A stretch of DNA of 64,000 nucleotides from Malacoraja senta (Eukaryota): assembly GCA_038087875.1 (NCBI GenBank), contig CM075978.1, positions 136,462,001 through 136,526,000 of the forward strand. Reading direction: 5' to 3'. A program made the position numbers and the translations under genes. This document shows positions 27,474 through 41,212 of this stretch, one piece after another; within the stretch, counting starts at the first letter, position 1; the number at the start of each line of letters is the position of its first letter. The notes below the pieces were generated by a model that worked only from the letters and a program-made list of their open reading frames with translations, was not told the origin of the DNA and searched no databases.

Positions 27474-28366
27474 AAATGTAGTTGGGAGGGAACCTAGATC
27501 TGTAACAAATATATATACATTTACAAGGGGTCACAGTGAGCTGAAACAAAATTGTAATTAAAACCTATATCATTAAGAGGTAGATCTTGATTAAATATTA
27601 CGAGACCGTTTAAAAAAAAATAGAAGCCAGTTTCCTCTGGCTTCCGTATGAAAGTCATGTCTTTAACCAGATCAGATTCTATAAATTGGTTGTCAGGAAA
27701 GGATTGTTGAGATTTATACCCATCTATCAACCTACAGAGATAGTTGTGGCTGAGCAGGCTGCTGTGACTCCCATCTGTAAAGCATCTTAAATGTGAAGAA
27801 GGCCATTTGCTAAAGTCAGTGGCACAAGATCACATTTGAATGATTGTAAATTTACTTCAGAACAAAAAATGCAAACCGTAGATTCTAAGTCGGTGAGTAA
27901 TCTAGAGAAGATTCCAAATAGAAACTTTAAATTTGACCATAAAAGACTGATAGGGTAATGTTACTGCATTACCTACAGCTGGATTTGTTCAGCTCGGAGT
28001 AACAACATACATTATACCTGTACTTCATTGTAACCCTGGATGAAACAGCTTAATGTGCATGTATAAGTCGTGTATACGGCGTGCAGCCTTTAACCCGAGT
28101 CCTGATGTTATACCATTTTGCACAAGGTTCAGCCCACAGCTAATTCATCACATCCAGTTCTCTTAACTTCTAGCATGACCTATTGCATCCTCTGAGCTGC
28201 TGAAATGAAGTGACAGAGCATAAGGAGAAATGGCAGCATCCAGACCATGTAGGCAAGGTAGGGTTTGATCAACAAAGATCATCACTGTTTATGAACATTA
28301 AACTACTAACAAGTGCTCAGATTACGGTACAGAAAAATGTCTTGAAGTAGACATCGTCTAAGGTAA

Positions 28367-28676
28367 TTTTGTTTGATTGAACGATCCAGCATGGAAACAA
28401 GCCCTTTGGCCCACCGAGTCCACGATGCCCATTGAACACACTAGTTCTATGTTATCCCACTTTCTCATCCACTCCCTACCCACGAGGAGCAATTTACAAA
28501 CACCAATTAACCTACAAACCCGCACGTCTTTGGGATGTGGGAGGAAACTGGAGCATTCGGAGGAAACCCACACGGCCACAGGGAAAACGTGCAAACTCTA
28601 CACAGACAGCACCTGAGGTCAGGAACAAACCTGGATTTCTGGCACTCTGAGGTAGCAGCTCTACCGCTGCACCACT
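28367..28676 (-). mobile_element. V-SINE (HE1-like), near full length
   Basis: tRNA-like head, V domain (plus strand GTGGGAGGAAACTGGAG...AAACCCACACGG...TGCAAACTC) and CR1-like tail. Confidence 0.88.
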
Positions 28677-28979
28677 ATAGATGGATATTATGGTGCCAGG
28701 AACAGCAACTTTAATGTTAATGGCACATAACATTTGTACTAAATGGCATAGTGCATGCACATCCTCACCCTTCACTAAAACGTATAAGTTGGACTTCATT
28801 GTTAATTCATGGCCAATATTTTGAGGGGAGTTAGTTACTATTCCCAGACATGAGAATTGATATAAACATTGGGCAAAGCTTTGTGCTGTTTGGTACTGGA
28901 TTCCTACATGCTCATTGACATTAAATGGCAAGTCTCAGGTCAGCCTCCCAAATGCCGACTGAGAGTTCTCTGTAGTCAA

Positions 28980-29077
28980 ATAAATCAAGAGGGGATGAAC
29001 GCTGGGGCAGATCAGCCATAATCATATTGAATGGCAGGGCAGGCTTGAGGGTCCAAATGGCCTCTCCTGGTCCTATC
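28980..29077 (+). mobile_element. CR1-clade LINE 3' UTR fragment (decayed ORF2 may extend back to about 28800)
   Basis: GATCAGCCATAATCATATTGAATGGCAGGGCAGGCTTGAGGG...AATGGCCT.CTCCTG matches the reverse complement of the 56310 and 63581 copies. Confidence 0.7.
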
Positions 29078-29089
29078 TTCCAATGCATT

Positions 29090-29264
29090 GTAGACAAACT
29101 GCTGGAGTAATGCAGCGGGTCAGGCAGCATCTCCGGAGGAAAAGGATAGGTGACGTTTCGGGTTGGGACATCACCGACCCTTTTCCTCCAGAAATGCTGC
29201 ATTACTCCAGCAGTTTGTGTCTATCTTTGGTATAAACCATCATCTGCAGGTCTTTGTTTCTACA
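29090..29264. mobile_element. Fold-back copy of the hammerhead-motif element with 12-bp TSD
   Basis: CAAACTGCTGGAGTAATGCAGC and GCTGCATTACTCCAGCAGTTTG are exact reverse complements. TTCCAATGCATT at 29078-29089 and 29265-29276. Confidence 0.85.
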
Positions 29265-30637
29265 TTCCAATGCATTATGTTCCCCAGTGCTACCTACTCT
29301 CCTGGCCTGACTTCAAGCCACATGTGCTGAGTCCAACTCTAAACTACACGGTTTGAGAGCTGGAGGCTGTGAGTGTGAAATGTTGTGATAGTGTATCTCC
29401 AACAACACTGTACTTTTACGCTCGACCTCACCTTGGGTATCTGAAATTTTAAAAAGCACAGGGATAAGGTAGTGGAGCGAGAAGCGAGAGAATTTAAGAG
29501 GTTTGCAGCTTATAAATCAGAAAGGAATGTTGAAGCAGGGGTTGGATGGTGAGAATGAGAACAGGTTTGAGACAATCAGCACCAATGATGGCTTCAGTCC
29601 TCCTGTGGTCACAGGTATGAACATCTCATGATGGTGATCACTATCTAATGCCTGGGGTAATTGGTAAAGTCTGCTCTGTCTGAGTGGGCACCATCTTTAC
29701 CCGCAAGAGAACGGGTTGTGTATCAGCACGTGTGGTGCAATATGTTTGAGTGCTGATTAAAATGCTGCCATTATGAATGACTTGTGCGTATGAGGCTTTC
29801 AGTGGTACTAAGTATTTGAGCCTAGTTAGCTTTCAGTCCTGATTGTAGCGGTGTTACAGTATATTGTTAAGTACCTGAAGCTAAGATAGATATACCACTA
29901 AAGATGTGCTTCCTGACCTTAACAATTAGCGTGTTCACTGAGCTTTTTAATCACACTTTTTCTAGATTCCTCACAGAGGATTCCAGCATTGACCTCAGGG
30001 TTATTGGTTCCCTTACCTTCTGATGTGGACCTGGTTGCTCTCCTGGCTCAACTATGAGTTCAAAACATTTCTCTTGCTTCCTATCTTCTCCATCAAAGAC
30101 TTTGGTTACTATATCTGAAAATTGGTCCATTTTCTCCTCGGTGTCCTAAGTCGGATTGATTGTGGAATGCCCACCCACACCCGTCCCATTTCTCCGGTGC
30201 TGCCTGTAAGCAGTGCAGGCCGGCTTTAATTGGTGTTAGCCACTCGCAGGTTTGGGCTCCGCTGAAGGAATAGCAAATGAACAGCACGACTGGCACTAGC
30301 TGGAGGCAGAAATCACAGAAATGAGCAAGCGGCAAAAAAGCTGGCGTGCTGGCTGCCTTCCACTGAACAGGCAAGGGTTAATCATACATCTCTAACTCTG
30401 CAGCCATTTCATGGGCTGTTGGATTCTGCCTCTGCCACTTCTAAAAATGTCTGTATTTAAGAAGAAATATGTTCCATATTAATACAAGATTCCAGTACAA
30501 GTATGACCCATGGAGTTCGTCTCCAACAATTTCATAAACGTTCTTGTATTTACTTCCAACGCAGCGCCTGCTACAGATTGACCATCTGATGAAAGGGAGA
30601 AAGAGACTACATTGGATTCAGTCACCATGAGCAGACA

Positions 30638-30959
30638 TTTAGTTTTTATTTGTTTTACAGATACAGCGCAGAAACAGGCCCTTCGGCCCACCGAGTCCAC
30701 ACCGACCAGCAATCCCCGCACATTAACACTATCCTACACATACTAGGGACAATTTACATTTATACAAAGCCAATTAACCTGCAAACCTGTATGTCTTTGG
30801 AATGTGGGAGGAAACTGAAGATCTCGGAGAAAACCCACGCGGTCACGGGGAGAACGTACAAACTCAGTACAGACAGCACCTTTAGTCAAGATTGAACCCG
30901 GATCTCTGCCGCTGCAAGCGCTGTAAAGCAGCAACTCTACCACTGTGTCACTGTGCCGC
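30638..30959 (-). mobile_element. V-SINE (HE1-like), near full length
   Basis: Minus-strand A-box-like GTGGTAGAGTTG and B-box GGTTCAATC, V domain, and tail ACAGGCCCTTCGGCCCAC. Confidence 0.9.
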
Positions 30960-32859
30960 TCTGTAGAGCCTGATATTACTGCACCAACCAAACTGATTCC
31001 CATCTTGTATCCCATGGAAACTATTTGTTCATGTTGCCCGACTGTGCTAAAGTTCCTCAAGCTTTTTTTAAAAAAGGTGATTGTAATTGGGGAACAGTTG
31101 TCCAAAAATCAAACAGAATTATATATTTTTAAGACTCAATGATGGTCAGCAGCAACAACTCATGGGAGGTTGGAAGAGTAATTAGTCAATCTAAATTTCT
31201 GATTAAACTGGGTTAGATAAACAATGGAAATCAGGCAACAATGTGCAGTTACAAAAGATACATATTTTACTGTTAATCAAGTGCAGCAATGGGTATTCCT
31301 TACTGTGAGCTTTTATTGTAATACACTTCTTTTTAATCACTATTATTGCTAGTTGATTTTTTATTTTCTCCCCCTATTTCCAGTATTATTTTAACTATAA
31401 ATTTCAAATAGATCATACTTTAAAATTGTGCCAATATAATGCAATCTTTTTAATCTTATTGGTTGTAAGGTGTATAAAAATGCAGTCAACTTATCAGCTA
31501 TTTAATTTTTTTATTTTAATACACATTAATTTAACTGTGCGAAATATGACTCCTGTAATTGCATTCCATTTTTTAAGATCCAAACTAAATTTTTCATGTT
31601 GAGTTTAATAGATTAATATTAGATTGCAGCATATTTAAGACACGATCACAAATTCATAGTTATATTGTCTTTTCATCCTCAAGCACAAAGGTCCATTACA
31701 AATTTTGTAAAAAAATTGCTCTTTTAATTTTCCTTGTGCGGCGGATGCCTCGATTATTTCGATTCTGTTTGTCCCTGTGCTTGACTGTGATTTGGTAGAA
31801 CTACAGCACATGTTGGTTGTTGAGTCTTATTCAACAGAACATGTTAACATGAAGATGGGAAACAAAAGCAGGAAAAAAACTGAATGCAGTTGGCCATGAA
31901 AAGTTGGGAAGCGGAAGCCTGGTGGGTAACCTGGAATGGTTCAGCAGTCAGTCATTTAAAAAATAAAATGCCTTTAACATATAAAAGTTTGGGGTAAAAA
32001 ATGTATGAACCGAAGTTTACAAATCTTTCTCACAGCATCAGCTCACCAAGAGGTGACACCCCATGTAGGGACCTGTTATATGCAAGTTGCTTGATCTGTT
32101 TGACTATATTACACAGTGGTTGTGCTTAAAACATCCGTGTTGTGAACCACTTTGGTCTCGAGGACGGAAGGCATTTTTCTTTCTTTCTCCTTATCAACAA
32201 TTCCAATTGTTACTTTATACTCGCTTAAAAAGGTACAATTGCACGTCCTTGGTGGAATGAGAAACCCTAGAATAATGTACAAATTCTCACCAGGTAACGG
32301 ACGCTGGACTAATGTGCAGCTCATATATGCGATCGAGTGTTTGACAGACCGTCGGCATGGATCTGCCGGGTACTGCAGGGCTGCAAGCATCATCTGCTGT
32401 GTGAGAACTCAGTTTGCAGCAATATCTGAATAGCTGAGTTAAACGCCCTGGTTTAACTGCACTTTGCCCTTGTTTGGCCTTTGTTTCTATTTAAATATAT
32501 ATTGCTGGGAAGCCAAATATGCAACTTATAAATTCTTTGAGTCACAAACAGTTTTCAGGAACGGAAACCTCTCGTAACCTGCCTGGGGAGGACCTGCAGT
32601 CCACAAACAAAATAAATGTACACTTCCTCCACGGCAGACAGTTTAAAAAATAATAATTTGTCAAAATGTTTATATATTTACTGCGCAGTCTACATATAAC
32701 CTCATGGTCTGCTCCCTCCCCTGCTACTGACTGCATACGAGTTATTCAAAGCAAAGGGTTAGAAGCAATTATACAGGCACAATTCTTCACTTCCATATTT
32801 CTATAGGGTTTAAAAGTAAACCATTTTAGTCTGCTGAGTCCATGTTGGATCATAGAGCT

Positions 32860-33068
32860 GTCCTCCAATCCCTGCTGGCAATTTACACTGGCCAATTAAC
32901 CTATCAACCTGTACATCTCTGAGATGTGGGAGAAAACCAGGGTCAGCCCATGTAGGCCCGTAAAAGATGCGCAAACTCCACACAGACAGCCACAGAGGTC
33001 GGGACTGGAGCTGGGCTGCTGGAGCTGTGAGGCAGCTGGGTTCTAGTACCTGTGCCACTGTGCTGCCC
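32860..33068 (-). mobile_element. V-SINE (HE1-like), degenerate
   Basis: CCAATTAACCTA...GATGTGGGAGAAAACC...GCAAACTCCACACAGACAGC. Confidence 0.75.
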
Positions 33069-34832
33069 ATTTATGAGGCCAGATGAAACCTTGAGAAATG
33101 ACAGCAGAATTAACTTGCTCAAGCTAAGAAAACAAGCAGCCACTGCTGCATTTCATGGACCTGTTATAAATGCTAATTCACAATTCTATATTTATCTGGT
33201 AAAGCAAAATGCTTTCTGAAAAATGAACTTGTGTTAGAACATTTAGTGAATCTCTGTCTCTTCATTAGTAACTGCCTCTTTGTTCCACCATCTGGGTAGC
33301 AGCAATACACTTATTACAGTTTCAGTAAATTTACAGTAACAAGACATTCCCTTGACAAATTAATCACTTTCCAAGCATTTTATCATAAATAAAATATCAC
33401 CTCTGGTGGGAAATCAGTTAAATCAGTTGATTTAACCCATCTATCAGCTAGGCCTAATATCTTCCTATTTTTTTATAAAACAGATGGACTTTTCTGCTGA
33501 CCAGAGGCGATATTAACCCACTTCAGAATTGAAGAATGCCTTCAGATGCGAGTAGGATAGATTGCTGAATATATAGTGAATTATAGAAGATCATGGGTGA
33601 TGTAGATATTACCTTATGTCACTAAAATATGCACAACACTGTACTGACCACAGCAGGACTTTTCAACTGAATTGATCTTAATAGGTTTGACGGGAACAAA
33701 CCTAAGGGAGAAGCCAATCAAGGACTGCTTCTTTAACAGCTGGTCTGCATGGCAATAAGGCACCATAACCCTTCATTGAAGACAAGCTGATTTTATTTCC
33801 ACATCATGACAACTAATTGATATTCTGAACTAATGTGCATACAAAAAGGAGTTAATTTAAAGAGACTCCATTTCCATGAGCCGAGGGCTAAGATACTCTC
33901 TTCCCTGGCTGGATTGGCACAACTGTTGGTCCTAAATTAAAAATAAATAAATACAGAAAATAAAGTTAAAATTATGAGAGTACCTGCGAGCAAACAGCAG
34001 CCTTGACAGTATCGCAAAGGGCAAGGTTCATGTGGAGGTTGAAGTCTCTTTGCACGAGCATGAATCTATGTTTTCTCTTGCAGATGTTAATGGTTCATCT
34101 GTGTATTAGATTGTTCAATCCGTTGATAGGGTGTGCTCTACACTCCCAAACTACACTGCGTGCCAATTGTTACAACCGTAAAATAACAATAGGGTAAAAT
34201 TGTTTTTAACGATAACGATATGGCAGATTGTTCTCAAGGAACATTTGAATCGAGCACTTAAACTAACATTTCTCCCCTTTGATCAGCTTACACAGAGAAT
34301 TATTGTACAAGCATTGTTCCCCATTTTTATGAATATTCATAAATCCATTCAGATGTTTCGTTGAACCTTAGAAAATCTGCATACATCGTTTTATAGCATC
34401 TCACTTTTTTTTCAGTTAATGCTTGAATTATTATCTCCTAAACTACTTGCATTCATTGTGAAGTGCTTTACTGGTTCTGTTTTCTACCAGAACAGCATCT
34501 GCGACAAGGCAATTGATCTTGGTTATTTAAGGCTAAGAGGCAAAATGTTGATGTGGATGCAATTGAGGAACTCAAACAATTGTGGTGTCAGTAAGGTCCA
34601 GATTTGTGGTGTCAGTATGGTCCAGATGGATGAGTTGTGTCGCCTCTCGTGGTTAATTAGCCCACCACACTTAGGCTTCTGAATGAAGAATGGCAACTTG
34701 AGCATGGTGCTGAATGAAGCCAGATCCTATGGACATATGACCCACTGGGCATCTCAGCCCAGCAAACTTGACCAACAAGCCGCGATGGGTGTTCCAATTA
34801 AGTCATTACTAGTTAGTGATACAAAAATGAGC

Positions 34833-34848
34833 TAGCAGCCTCTAGTGG
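34833..34848 (-). promoter_or_regulatory. Candidate CTCF site
   Basis: Minus strand CCACTAGAGGCTGCTA. Matched by eye. Confidence 0.4.
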
Positions 34849-37034
34849 TGTGTAAGGTTCCATTACAGTGGCACAACATATTTTAATTTGGCTTGAAGCG
34901 GGTTATCGACATTATGCTCTCTACTAGTATGAAATATAAAGAGATCTCTGAATTCACTATCTACCCCTGAATTGTGGCAGCCTCCATATTAGCTTGGGCA
35001 GTTTTTAGTCATCCTAAAGCAGTTTTTAATTTTCCTCAACGGGGTAACCAACCTCCGAGAAACAACATTCAAGAATAAACGGTTGGTGCTTTCTCAAGGG
35101 ATTCTCAGTTTCTCCTTTTGAGGGGTCAGGAGAAGCATCAACTCTCTACCTATTTCAGAAATATTAAACTTATTGGTGACTCGCTCTACAAATTTCAGGT
35201 CCAAAATAAGCAAGTCTCAGAGATCGGACAGTTTGCATTCTTGGGTCCCATTATATGGCTGATAAAGCTGACAATTCAATGTGTCTTTAAAAATCCATGG
35301 AAGTTTAGTAAAAGTTATGCAGAAATGTAACTTTACAAGCACTCTCTTGGTTTGAAATTATTTTGTAAGTGAGTTTGACATCATTATCTCTTAAAAGGTA
35401 AAGTTTCTATCTTCCTCTGTCCTGCGAAGTAATAAAAATATCAAAAGTAGTTTTTGTTAAAGTATTCAGAGGTAGTGTTATTTTATGTGGCTGATATTAT
35501 AATTGATAAAACTAAATGACCGCCATTGCTTTCAACAATAAATATCCATTCAAATTGATGGGAAACACTGCTGTTTTTTGGTGAAATTCAAAATAGATCT
35601 TTTAACCAATAATAAAAAATTAAAGTGTTTCAAATACTCTGCTTTGCATTTTTCTGCAAACTACCTGGAACACAAACAAATGGGCTAGATAGATCTGCTG
35701 TCTTTAAAATCCTTGCTTGATTTATTCCCCCTCTTTTCGTTCTATGTTTTCCATTTGTGTTGTTTTTTCATTTGAAATCCCATATCAGATTTGCAAAGAC
35801 TGCTTAGCAAGTAAGTTGATGACAGGGAATAATAAAATGCAGTCTTGATGTTCTAAAGAGGTTCGGGCATATTTGCTAATGCTTAGTGCTCTACTAAAGG
35901 GGCTACAACCCTGCAAATATTTTACCTTCATCTTCCTCGCAAACCACAAACAAAAACATTCCAGAAATATTCATATTCGTGCCTGACACAGACAAGAAAA
36001 AATGTCCTGTAACAATCTAGATAAAGATAATTTGGTTGCTATCTCCTCTATGATCTATATACAGTATCTAAATCTATATGCAAATAGAAGCTTTCAAGCA
36101 TTTAACACAATCCCCAGCATCCAGGGTGAGAGCTTTCAGTTTACATTGGCTGCTTAAATAATTTACTCTGCTTGCTTGCCTATTGGCACTGAAGCTGCTC
36201 CGGTAAAACCCACAAAGCACATTCTGAATAACCAGATGGACTAACTATGCAGCAGGTGGGACAGATGGCACACAGCCCTGTCTGACGCTGGATGCTTCAG
36301 CACGAACTAGCTTCCTTCCAGGTATATTAGCATCAATCCAGCAGAAACCAATTTTCATTTGAAATTCCGCAGCTTATTTATGGAATCGTCCACCTCGTCT
36401 TGAAAACCATGCGTTCACAAAAGACCTACAATACTGTCCTATTTTGTCAAGGGATGGCTGAGTAACAAAATATGATTATCTCCAGGAATAGAATGATAGC
36501 TAACCTTAATAAATAGGCTTTAAATTTAAACACCGGCTAAAATGATTTAAGGTCTAGTTACTGGGGGAATGATGGGAGCAGAGACACATGGAGGCAGTGA
36601 ACACCTGTGAATGGGCACAACTTCTCAAAACCGTGATTAACTTCACCTTAGTAAACTCATGCTTGAATTAGTACCTCTGTTTGCTCTACAGAATGAGAAG
36701 TCTTAGACGGTGTAAGTCACCCATCAATAGTAATCTAATTCCCTTCCTTATTATGAATCTCGAAGCATTGTTTAAAAATAACTTTGTCCTCCAAATGTAA
36801 ATAGATGTGCTCTGGTTCCCTTCTTTTTTTCTCTCAAAAGTTGTATTTAATTGTCAGTCTTAGATCAGTGACTGTGAAATATGAAGTACAGCTGGTTAGT
36901 CTAAAGTTATACTGTAGGCTGTAAATTGCATTTTGCATGCTGGGTTGAATAAAGGCTGTTCTCCGAGTGTTGTACTGGTGAGGGAGTCAACCAAAGCATC
37001 CACTTGTTCCCAATATTTTAAAAAAGTGCCGTGC

Positions 37035-37400
37035 GATGATCTTGTAGAGGTTTAAAACATCATGAAGAGTATAGATGAGGTGAACAGCCACAGCATTTTC
37101 TCCCAGGTTAAGGGAGTCAAAAAACTTGAGGGCATATGTTTGAGGTGAGAGGGGAACTATTTGAAAAGAACCCGAGGGGCAAACCTTTCACATGGATTTG
37201 TGGAATGAGCTGCCAGAGGAAGTGGTAGAGGCGGCTACAATTATGGCATTTAAAAGATACTCGGACCAGTACATAGATAGGAAAGGATTGGAGGGATATG
37301 AAGCAGGCCCAAGCAAGTGTGACTAGTTTGGCTCATCAACTGGGTCAACTTGGACAAGCTGGACTAAAGGGGCTGTCTCTATGCTGTATGCTTCAATGAC
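37035..37400 (+). mobile_element. CR1-clade LINE 3' end, degenerate
   Basis: GATCTTGTAGAGGTTTAAAA...TGGAATGAGCTGCCAGAGGAAGTGGTAGAGGC (WNELPEEVVEA) and the same 3' UTR as 1806-2030. Confidence 0.82.
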
Positions 37401-40400
37401 ACAATTCAATATGAAATAGTTTAAAGGAGCTAAATCTTCCAACGGACCATCTTGGCATTTCAAAAATCCAGGCTCATGTCAATTTGGGACTGCAATGCGC
37501 ATGGTGTTCAGCCCTGTGTTATAACATTTGGTTTTTAAAGTCACCTGACACGTACGTTATAGTATGGCTTCGCAATGGGAACGATGTCTACAATCCAAAT
37601 GAACAAAGAGCACCTTAAAAAACATATACAAGGAACCAAATTCACAAATTCAAGTCCACTTTGGTTTGGTAATATAACTTTACCACTGTGGAAAACTTGA
37701 AAGATTCAAACAACAATTCAGAAACAAAAAAAAGTATTTTTGGACTATGTGTTCATTAACTGGAAGGGTGCAGAGCTCTCGACGGCACCCTGTTCTTTGT
37801 TTAGAAAATAAACCCAACCCAGCGGAAGACGACTTCAAGCTTTGGTTTAGTCTGTTTGGGTTGCCAACAGTTTTCTGGAATTAGCCTGTTTTTTGCATTG
37901 TGTACACCAGCTGATGACTAGATATTAACCAAACTGTTTTGTTTTAGGGAGTGACCTGTATCATGCACACAAACAACCTCACCTGGCTCAACTTACCATC
38001 CTCAATCTCAAAGGAATAGAGGGGGGGGGGGGGGAATAAAAGGAGAGAGATAAGGGGTTGACCTGCCGTAATCCACAAGGATGAAAGTTGCAACCTATGG
38101 CACAGAATAGCAACATTCCCGCACTCTGTCAGGGCTAACTAGCGTCTGCCTTTATCAGTGCTCGGCGCAATGGGTTTTGGTGACATGCTCTTGAACACCA
38201 GCATCATTCTGTCAGGACAAATTTGAGGCACATAGAAGGGACTAAATTGCAATTTATGATGCTGATTAAAGAGAATAAAGATCGCTGAAGTGGTTCTTGT
38301 TCCTTTAAAACGTGCTAACAAAATATAGTCATAGACTAGTCTAATGTGGCTAGAATCGAAGATTACATTTGCTCAATATAAAATTTAATTCTGGCTTCCT
38401 AACCAAGCAGGAGCTGAGGAATTTAGAAAAAGAACTTGACAAAAAGGTCCATATATTAATTACAAAATCTCCAGGGACTATCCTGGAGTTCAGCAGCAGC
38501 AACCAGCTGATGCGTTATTGAATTACTCTAACTGATAAGGGGTTTACATGCAAAATCTTTACCAAAAAAATCTTTAAAAATAAAATAGCCTTTAACTGTT
38601 TGAAATAACTTTTAAACTTTTTTGAGGGTGTATAAAAATAAATCCAGTGCTTAAAAAATGTGTTCTTCAATATTCTTACTGTAACAAATTGAAAAAACTA
38701 ACCCTCTAGATTGCTTGCTTGCCTAAAGCAGCCTGAATGAAAATGAAATAGCTGCACTAAATCGACTTCGGGAAAAGGTAGTCATTTTACTAAGGTCTCC
38801 TCGGTTGAATTATCCAACACTGTCGCAAGGAGAGAAAAAATTCAAACATTGAGATGCCACAGCATGGCTTACCGCTGTTTGATTTGAAATCCAAAGTATG
38901 AATCATTGAGTTTCACTGATGTAAAACTTGGCATTTTATTCACACTGGGTAACAAGCTGCCTCCAGTAATGATTGCTCGTGTCTATTCAAAATATATCAA
39001 CATTTCAAAGCCCTCATCGTTCTACCGAGTAGCTGAACAGAACAATTACAACAGTTAAAAACATTTTCTATGTTATCTGAGGCCACATCGTGATATAAAA
39101 AAAGTATTACAAATAGAAATGCAGCCACAATTAATTAACTCGGAAGCCTTTACTCGGTTAGCCATTTAACGCATGCTATACTTATATTTTTGAACTGGAC
39201 ATTAAAAACTGGATGTTATTGCTAATTTCAGAATTTCTGATCATCGTTTTAAAATCCTGCACAAGAATATTTAAAATAGAGAAAGGTAATTTCCAAGCCA
39301 AAGAATAATGCATGAAGAAGCAGCATAACCGAAGAAAAGACTAAGTAGTAAGACGAACCCTGAGCAGTAGGAGGGTATAAAATTACCCTTTAATTTATCT
39401 GCTTGAGAATTTGCAGACTGGACAATTGGTCAGCCGCAGCACTGGGCCTCAAGTGAAACTGGACATATACTTGTTCTGAAATCTCTTATCTGTCTAACCT
39501 GCTGGGATTAGTTTAACACAGTAAAGCCAATTATAGCACTTGCCATTACGCCAGCTATCTACAAAGCACCCACCCATCTTCATACACGCACTTTAAGACT
39601 GAGCGCTGTCCATAAGTGTGGAATGAATATTTCCTCTTGATTTCCAGAAAGGATAACAATATGAAATAAGACAAGTATGTGCCATGATTTAGTAGCATTT
39701 TTAAGCAGGCAAGACCCATTCCATCTGTAGAGCTCTGGCCACATGATTGATTGGACAGGTGTCATTCATACTAATGTTAAAACCTGACAGTGCTGATCTG
39801 TAAGGCTCTACTGACTAATACAATCTGAAGCCAATTACATAGCTCCATATGGGTACAGTAAAGCAGCCACTGCAATGAACAACTGCGCCTGGCTCACGCC
39901 TACAGTGGTCATTTAAGAGGTCATTTTGTCCAGCAAGAGCTGAATCCGGCTGCTCCACCACCCTTTAATGTGGCATTTTACGAATTTATATTTTGCTTCC
40001 ATCTGAGATGAGTCCCCCTTGAAGAACAAACAGGCACTTCAAAGGAAACAAAGCAGAGAAAGTAATGTCGGGAATCTGACGCGTCACTTTTTTTTTTACT
40101 GTGGCGTAAAGTCCGGGGAGGTGAAAGCAAAGGAAGAAGCTGTAAGTGAGCATCAAACCGGCAAGATTGTTGGTGTCAGAGTCACGCCATCAAACACGCG
40201 TGAAGTATGATTGGGGACACAAGAGGGTAAATATTTCACTGTCTGGCAGTATTGAAAGCTGCAATTCATTTCTTTCTTGGTTTAGGACAATGACAATTTA
40301 ATACAAGGCGAGTGAATGTAAAAGAGATAATACTGCACAAACTGCTCCAGTGTAATCGCCTATTTCCTCCAGAGAGCTTAACCATAGGCAGAGATACACA

Positions 40401-41154
40401 TTCCAAGCAGATCAAAAATATATTGCTTTTTGCCACAGTCTCGCCAATTAAAATATCATTTGTAGCATTCTAATCTTTGTAATTTATAGCGACCACAAAG
40501 CCAGGGAATAATTTTTTTTTTTTTTTTAAAGAAGCTTTTTGTGTGGGAATGAAATCAGGAGTAGCATGGGTTTTATTTTTACTGCAGGTTAATTACTATA
40601 TCACTGGAGGCTCTGACAACAAAAGAGGTGCAGCAAAAAGCATTCAAATGAACACACTAAATAGCCTCTTCCCTTAGAATACAAGGTTGTCATAGAGTAC
40701 ATCTTGCATCTTTCAAACGGAGCATCTGACCTCTTGCAATATTTAAAGCTCCGTGCAAATATGCAAAACCTGCCGAACAGCGGGAGAAAACTCTATTTGA
40801 AGCATTTCAAGATGTGAAGGTATTTTCATACAGGTTTGTGACGTTCTTCCCATAGCCCGTGCCTGTTGCTCCTTGAACAGGGGCGATCATTTAAAGGGAC
40901 AATCGTTTAAATAGTACAATGAAAAGTGAGAGAACTTGATACAAGTTGTCAGCTAGGTTTTATTCTCCCTTTCCTCGTTTGCGGCAAGCTGCCTGTTAAA
41001 AAAAATCTCTGCTTAAAATCAGTAACAAAAGCTATGTTGTACAAATTTCATTTAGATGCAACTACATCAAGTGCATTATAAGAGACAATCATAGTAATTT
41101 GCTTTGAGAATAAAATAAAACATCATTTAAAAAAAAGGTAATATCTGTTTCTCT

Positions 41155-41212
41155 CTCACTCATACAGACACATACACGCAGGCACAGACACACTCATAGA
41201 CACATACACACA
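41155..41212. repeat. Imperfect CA-rich repeat in proximal intron 1
   Basis: CACTCATACAGACACATACACGCAGGCACAGACACACTCATAGACACATACACACA. Confidence 0.75.

Noticed and set aside
30880-30959. tRNA gene
   Set aside because: The A/B boxes belong to a SINE head and there is no complete cloverleaf. The same applies to the other V-SINE copies.
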